NCBI GenBank assembly: GCA_963727445.1
Contig: CAVSGI010000021.1
Location: forward strand, 352,001-416,000
DNA length: 64,000 nt
Origin: an uncultured delta proteobacterium
Lineage (GTDB): Bacteria > Myxococcota_A > Polyangia > Polyangiales > B10-G4
Direction: 5' to 3'
The translations under genes were made by a program, and so were the position numbers. Of this stretch, positions 59,929 through 64,000 are shown one piece after another (position 1 is the stretch's first letter; each line of letters begins with the position of its first letter). The notes beneath the pieces were generated by a model. That model was not told where the DNA came from. It was given only the letters and a program-made list of their open reading frames with translations, and did no database searches.

Positions 59929-61203
59929 ATGCCGTCCGAAGAGACCATGGGCCAGCTGGAGCTTCTCCACGAGCGCCTCGAGCTCGCCGCCATGACCTCC
60001 GCTCGCGGGCGCGGCATCGCCATCCTCTCCATCCGCGTCCACGAGCGCGGCATGCCGCTCGAGCCCTCTGCCGACCTCTGCGACGCATACACCACCGGCG
60101 TTCGCGAGCGGATCCAGCGCTGCCTCCGCCGGGTCGACACCCTCGCCAGCGTGGGTCCGCTTCACTTCATCGCGCTCCTCGAGCGCATCGAGAAGGGCCC
60201 CTTCGCCGTGCACGTCGCCGACGAAATCCTTTCCGGCATGCGCAACATCCAGGGCCGCGACGGAAGCGACGTGGGCCTCGTCGCCAGCGTCGGCATCAGC
60301 GTCTATCCCGACGACGCGTCGAACGTCGACGACCTGGTCCGCTACGCCGACGCCGCCTCGCACGCGGCGCAACTCGGCGGCGGAAACCTCTTCGGCTTCC
60401 ATTCGGGCGCCATGAACGAAGAAGCGAATCGACGCATCGTCGTGGAGCGCGCCCTGGTCGACGTCCTCGACCGCGACGAGCTCTCACTCAGCTACCAGCC
60501 CAAGATCGACACCCGCGACGGCAGCATCTCCGGTGTCGAAGCGCTCCTGCGGTGGCACAACGAGAAGCTCGGCCACGTCTCCCCGGCCGAGTTCATCCCG
60601 GTCCTCGAAGCCAACGGACGCATCGAGGAGATCGGGATCTGGGTGCTGCGACGCGCCTGCGAGCAGGCGGCAGAGTGGGAGCGAGAGGGACACGGCATCT
60701 CGGTGGCGGTCAACGTCTCGGCCCACCAGCTCCGTGGGGGCGACTTCGAGTCCGAGGTCCATCGCGCGCTCGAAGAGAGCGGCCTGCCGGCGGAGCGGCT
60801 CGAGCTCGAGCTCACCGAGGGCGTCCTGGTGGACAACCTCCAGGCGACCCGCGACACCCTCGAGCGCTTTCGGCGTCGTGGCGTGCGCGTCGCAGTCGAC
60901 GACTTCGGCACCGGCTATGCGTCCCTCTCCTACGTTCGTCACTTCCCGATGGACGTCCTCAAGATCGATCGCCAGTTCGTCCGCGGGCTTCCGGTCGATC
61001 AGGAGAACGCCGCCATCACCAGCGCCATCGTCGCCCTGGCCCAGAGCCTGCGCATCCAGACGGTGGCCGAGGGTGTCGAGACCGAGGCGGAGGAGGAGTT
61101 CCTCCACAGCCTCGACTGCTTCGTGGTGCAGGGTTTTCGACACGCGCGGCCGATGACCGTGAGCCAGCTGGCCGAGTGGAGAAAGGCACGCCCCTGGGCG
61201 TGA
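59929..61203 (+). CDS. Degenerate GGDEF + EAL c-di-GMP phosphodiesterase
   Basis: YQPK, EALLRW, ELTE, DDFGTGY, LKID, AEGVET; GGDEF position reads GPLHF. Confidence 0.9.
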   Translation: MPSEETMGQLELLHERLELAAMTSARGRGIAILSIRVHERGMPLEPSADLCDAYTTGVRERIQRCLRRVDTLASVGPLHFIALLERIEKGPFAVHVADEILSGMRNIQGRDGSDVGLVASVGISVYPDDASNVDDLVRYADAASHAAQLGGGNLFGFHSGAMNEEANRRIVVERALVDVLDRDELSLSYQPKIDTRDGSISGVEALLRWHNEKLGHVSPAEFIPVLEANGRIEEIGIWVLRRACEQAAEWEREGHGISVAVNVSAHQLRGGDFESEVHRALEESGLPAERLELELTEGVLVDNLQATRDTLERFRRRGVRVAVDDFGTGYASLSYVRHFPMDVLKIDRQFVRGLPVDQENAAITSAIVALAQSLRIQTVAEGVETEAEEEFLHSLDCFVVQGFRHARPMTVSQLAEWRKARPWA

Positions 61204-61206
61204 CCC

Positions 61207-61692
<486 letters not shown>

Positions 61693-61721
61693 GGCGCCGG
61701 ATTATCACATGGGCGGAGCCG

Positions 61722-62765
61722 TCATGGGCGCGGTACGGCGAGATAGACCAGGAGCGGGTGATGGTCCGAGCCGTTCGCGGGCAACAAGTCGGCGTCGAGG
61801 GGCCGCACTTTGCCTCCGGCGTAGACGTGATCGATGCGCATCGACGGGATGATCGCGATCTTCGCGGGCGCGGTATGGCCGAAGCCGACGCCGGCCCAAT
61901 CCCACGCGTCGCGGAGCACGACGGCGAGTTGCTGATGAAGCGCATTGAAGGGCGTGGAGTTGAAATCGCCGGCGAGGGCGATCGGACCCGCGTCTTCCCC
62001 CCGCGCTTCGATCATCGCGAGAAGCTCCTCTTCCTGTCGTTGGTGGATCACGTAGAGCGCCGGCGTCAGCGGCGGCACGAGGTGCATGCAGTGGACTTCG
62101 AGAGGCGCGCCCTCCACGTCGACCACGGCCCGGATCTGCGGGATGTGCCCGAGCTCGTAGGTCTCGACTTCGGACAAGGGGCGCTTCGAGAGCAATGCGA
62201 TCCCGAAGGGCGAGTCTTCCGCCTCGACGTATCGGTGTGCGTACGCTTCGGTCACCACCTTTTCATCGAGGGTACGCGCCCACGCATGGGTGACCTCCTG
62301 GAGACAGAGCACATCGGCTCCGGCTGAGAGCAGAGACACGATGGTTGGGTCGTGCTGCAGGTTGTCGACGTAGAGGTTGGCGGTGACGAGCCGGAGGGGC
62401 GCGCCTTCGCCGTACGCGGGGTCGTGCGGCCAGACGTCTTCGACCACGGGGGCGCTCGCGAGCACCGCGGCGGGGATGGCGAAGAGGACCAGCACCCCCT
62501 GCCTGCCGACGAGCGCCGCGAGCGCCGACACGATCGCCGCGGCCGCGATCCACGGCAGGAGCATGTCCGCCACCGTGAGCAGCCAACTCGCGTCGGGTGC
62601 GACTTGCTGGAACAGGCCCACGGTGAGTGCGACACCGGTGACCGCCCAGGGAAGCGCCCACCAGCGGCTCTTCGGGCGATAGGGCGCGGGTTCCTTTCCA
62701 GGTTCGGGGGGCGGACGAAATCCGTCCGGCGTGTCTATACCGACGGTGCTCGGTGCCTGGTTCAC
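61722..62765 (-). CDS. Membrane-anchored endonuclease/exonuclease/phosphatase family protein
   Basis: Three TM; LVTANL, LQEV, AGDFNS, IDHVY, SDHHP. Confidence 0.88.
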   Translation of the reverse strand: MNQAPSTVGIDTPDGFRPPPEPGKEPAPYRPKSRWWALPWAVTGVALTVGLFQQVAPDASWLLTVADMLLPWIAAAAIVSALAALVGRQGVLVLFAIPAAVLASAPVVEDVWPHDPAYGEGAPLRLVTANLYVDNLQHDPTIVSLLSAGADVLCLQEVTHAWARTLDEKVVTEAYAHRYVEAEDSPFGIALLSKRPLSEVETYELGHIPQIRAVVDVEGAPLEVHCMHLVPPLTPALYVIHQRQEEELLAMIEARGEDAGPIALAGDFNSTPFNALHQQLAVVLRDAWDWAGVGFGHTAPAKIAIIPSMRIDHVYAGGKVRPLDADLLPANGSDHHPLLVYLAVPRP

Positions 62766-63559
62766 CCTCCGCCCGTCCGTTCGAGGTAGGCGAGGTAGAT
62801 GGCGTCCAGCACTGGAGCAGCGCGGCCTTCGATCCTGTGATGCACGAAGTCCGAGACGTCGGTCTCGCTCGGGTTGATCTCGACCGTCGGGATCCCTTTG
62901 GCCCGGGCCAGGAGCACCGGCTCGGCGATGTACGGGAAGAGGCTCGAGGTGCCGATCGAGAGCACCACGTCGAAGCCCCGCTCCAGCTCGCGGACCAGCG
63001 TTCGCACTTCGTCGTCGGGGAGCATCTCACCGAAGAGTACCGCCTCCGGCCGCAGCACGGCGCCGCACTCGGGGCACAGGGGCGGCATCGCGATCGAGGA
63101 CCAATCCTCCACCCGCGTGCGATAGGAGCAGCGCGTGCAACGGAGCCGGCGCACGTCGCCGTGGAGCTCGATCACGTTCTGGGCGCCCGCCTCGCGGTGG
63201 AATGCGTCGACGTTCTGGGTGAGCGTCCACGTCCGTGGAATGTGGCGCTCGAAGGCGGCGATCACCTCGTGGCCGCGGTTCGGTCGCGCGTCCAGAAAGG
63301 TCCGCGCGATCTGGTCGATGTACTTCCAGACGACCTCGGGCCGCTCGGCGAACATCGTGCCCGAGAGCAGGTCCTCGATGGGCAGGCCTTCCTCGGGGAC
63401 GACATCTTCGTAGAGCCCGCCGATCCCGCGGTAGGTCGGCAGCCCCGAGTCCGCGCTGATGCCGGCGCCGGTGATGAAGAGCGCGCTCTCGGCGCCGGCC
63501 AGGATCTCGGCGACGGCGCGGATTTGTTTCTCTTCGAAGCTCTCGTCCTCGTCCGACAC
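62762..63559 (-). CDS. cobB: Sir2-family NAD-dependent deacylase
   Basis: GAGISADSGLPTYRG, TQNVD, ELHG, two CxxC, IGTS, EINP. Confidence 0.9.
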   Translation of the reverse strand: MSDEDESFEEKQIRAVAEILAGAESALFITGAGISADSGLPTYRGIGGLYEDVVPEEGLPIEDLLSGTMFAERPEVVWKYIDQIARTFLDARPNRGHEVIAAFERHIPRTWTLTQNVDAFHREAGAQNVIELHGDVRRLRCTRCSYRTRVEDWSSIAMPPLCPECGAVLRPEAVLFGEMLPDDEVRTLVRELERGFDVVLSIGTSSLFPYIAEPVLLARAKGIPTVEINPSETDVSDFVHHRIEGRAAPVLDAIYLAYLERTGGG

Positions 63560-63568
63560 GCCAGGCAC

Positions 63569-63778
63569 TCAGTCCCTGAGGAGGATCTTCCTGAGCACCA
63601 CGATGCGGCGAGCGCCCTCCGCGTCGAGCTCTCCACGGGCTTCGAGGGCCTCGAGCTCGAGATACTCGGCATCGAGCGGTGGGAAGGTGTGCCGGTCGAG
63701 CTTCTTCATGTTCGCCCGGAGGAACGACTCGCAGAGCTCCAGGTATTCGAGGAAGCGCGCGTGGGTCTTGGGATCCAT
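63569..63778 (-). CDS. Small hypothetical protein
   Basis: 69-aa ORF filling the hisD-cobB gap, co-oriented. Confidence 0.55.
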   Translation of the reverse strand: MDPKTHARFLEYLELCESFLRANMKKLDRHTFPPLDAEYLELEALEARGELDAEGARRIVVLRKILLRD

Positions 63779-63800
63779 TGCTAGTGCCTGGTCTCTCTGA

Positions 63801-64000
63801 CTACTTTCGCGCTTCGACGGCGCGTGCGTGTGCTTCGAGCCCTTCGAGCCGCGCGAGGGAAGTCAGGAGATCCGCCTGCCCGCGAATCGCCTCTCGCGAG
63901 TAGCGGATCATCGAGCTCCGCACGACGAAGTCGTAGACGCCGAGCGGGGAGGCGAAGCGCGCAGCCCCACCCGTCGGCAGAACGTGGCTGGGACCCGCCG
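63801..64000 (-). CDS. hisD: Histidinol dehydrogenase, 3' end only
   Basis: Manual translation [24 protein letters not shown]...[18 protein letters not shown]; not in the ORF track. Confidence 0.9.
   Translation of the reverse strand, partial: AGPSHVLPTGGAARFASPLGVYDFVVRSSMIRYSREAIRGQADLLTSLARLEGLEAHARAVEARK

Overview
High-GC chromosomal window from a myxobacterium. Gene content (MYXO-CTERM-type tails, PEGA/TPR proteins, many Ser/Thr kinases, Cys-rich lipoproteins) points to Myxococcota, probably Polyangia; this is an inference. Housekeeping genes: PBP1A, trmH, uvrD/pcrA, rsmG, jag-yidC-yidD-rnpA-rpmH, radC, cysS, cobB, 3' end of hisD. Other loci: an ECF sigma/anti-sigma triad, a pspA locus with CesT-like and AblB-like GNAT neighbours, two triple-DsbA proteins, a 12-kb kinase/TPR/PEGA/lipoprotein cluster, a secreted alpha-glucan-degrading pair and an NAD-linked formate dehydrogenase. 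Clustered frameshifts look like long-read errors. No rRNA, tRNA, CRISPR array or transposase was recognised. Most notable: (1) a two-gene cassette bounded by inverted 27-bp repeats abutting the fdh-alpha and cysS stop codons, each repeat centred in a strand-specific G-poor zone; (2) a secreted Cys-containing uORF ending ERPPQR plus a structured leader upstream of a triple-DsbA gene, a candidate arrest-peptide sensor; (3) three lipoproteins sharing an unnamed N-terminal domain with swapped C-terminal cargo beside kinase and TPR/PEGA genes; (4) a TA-flanked MITE family.
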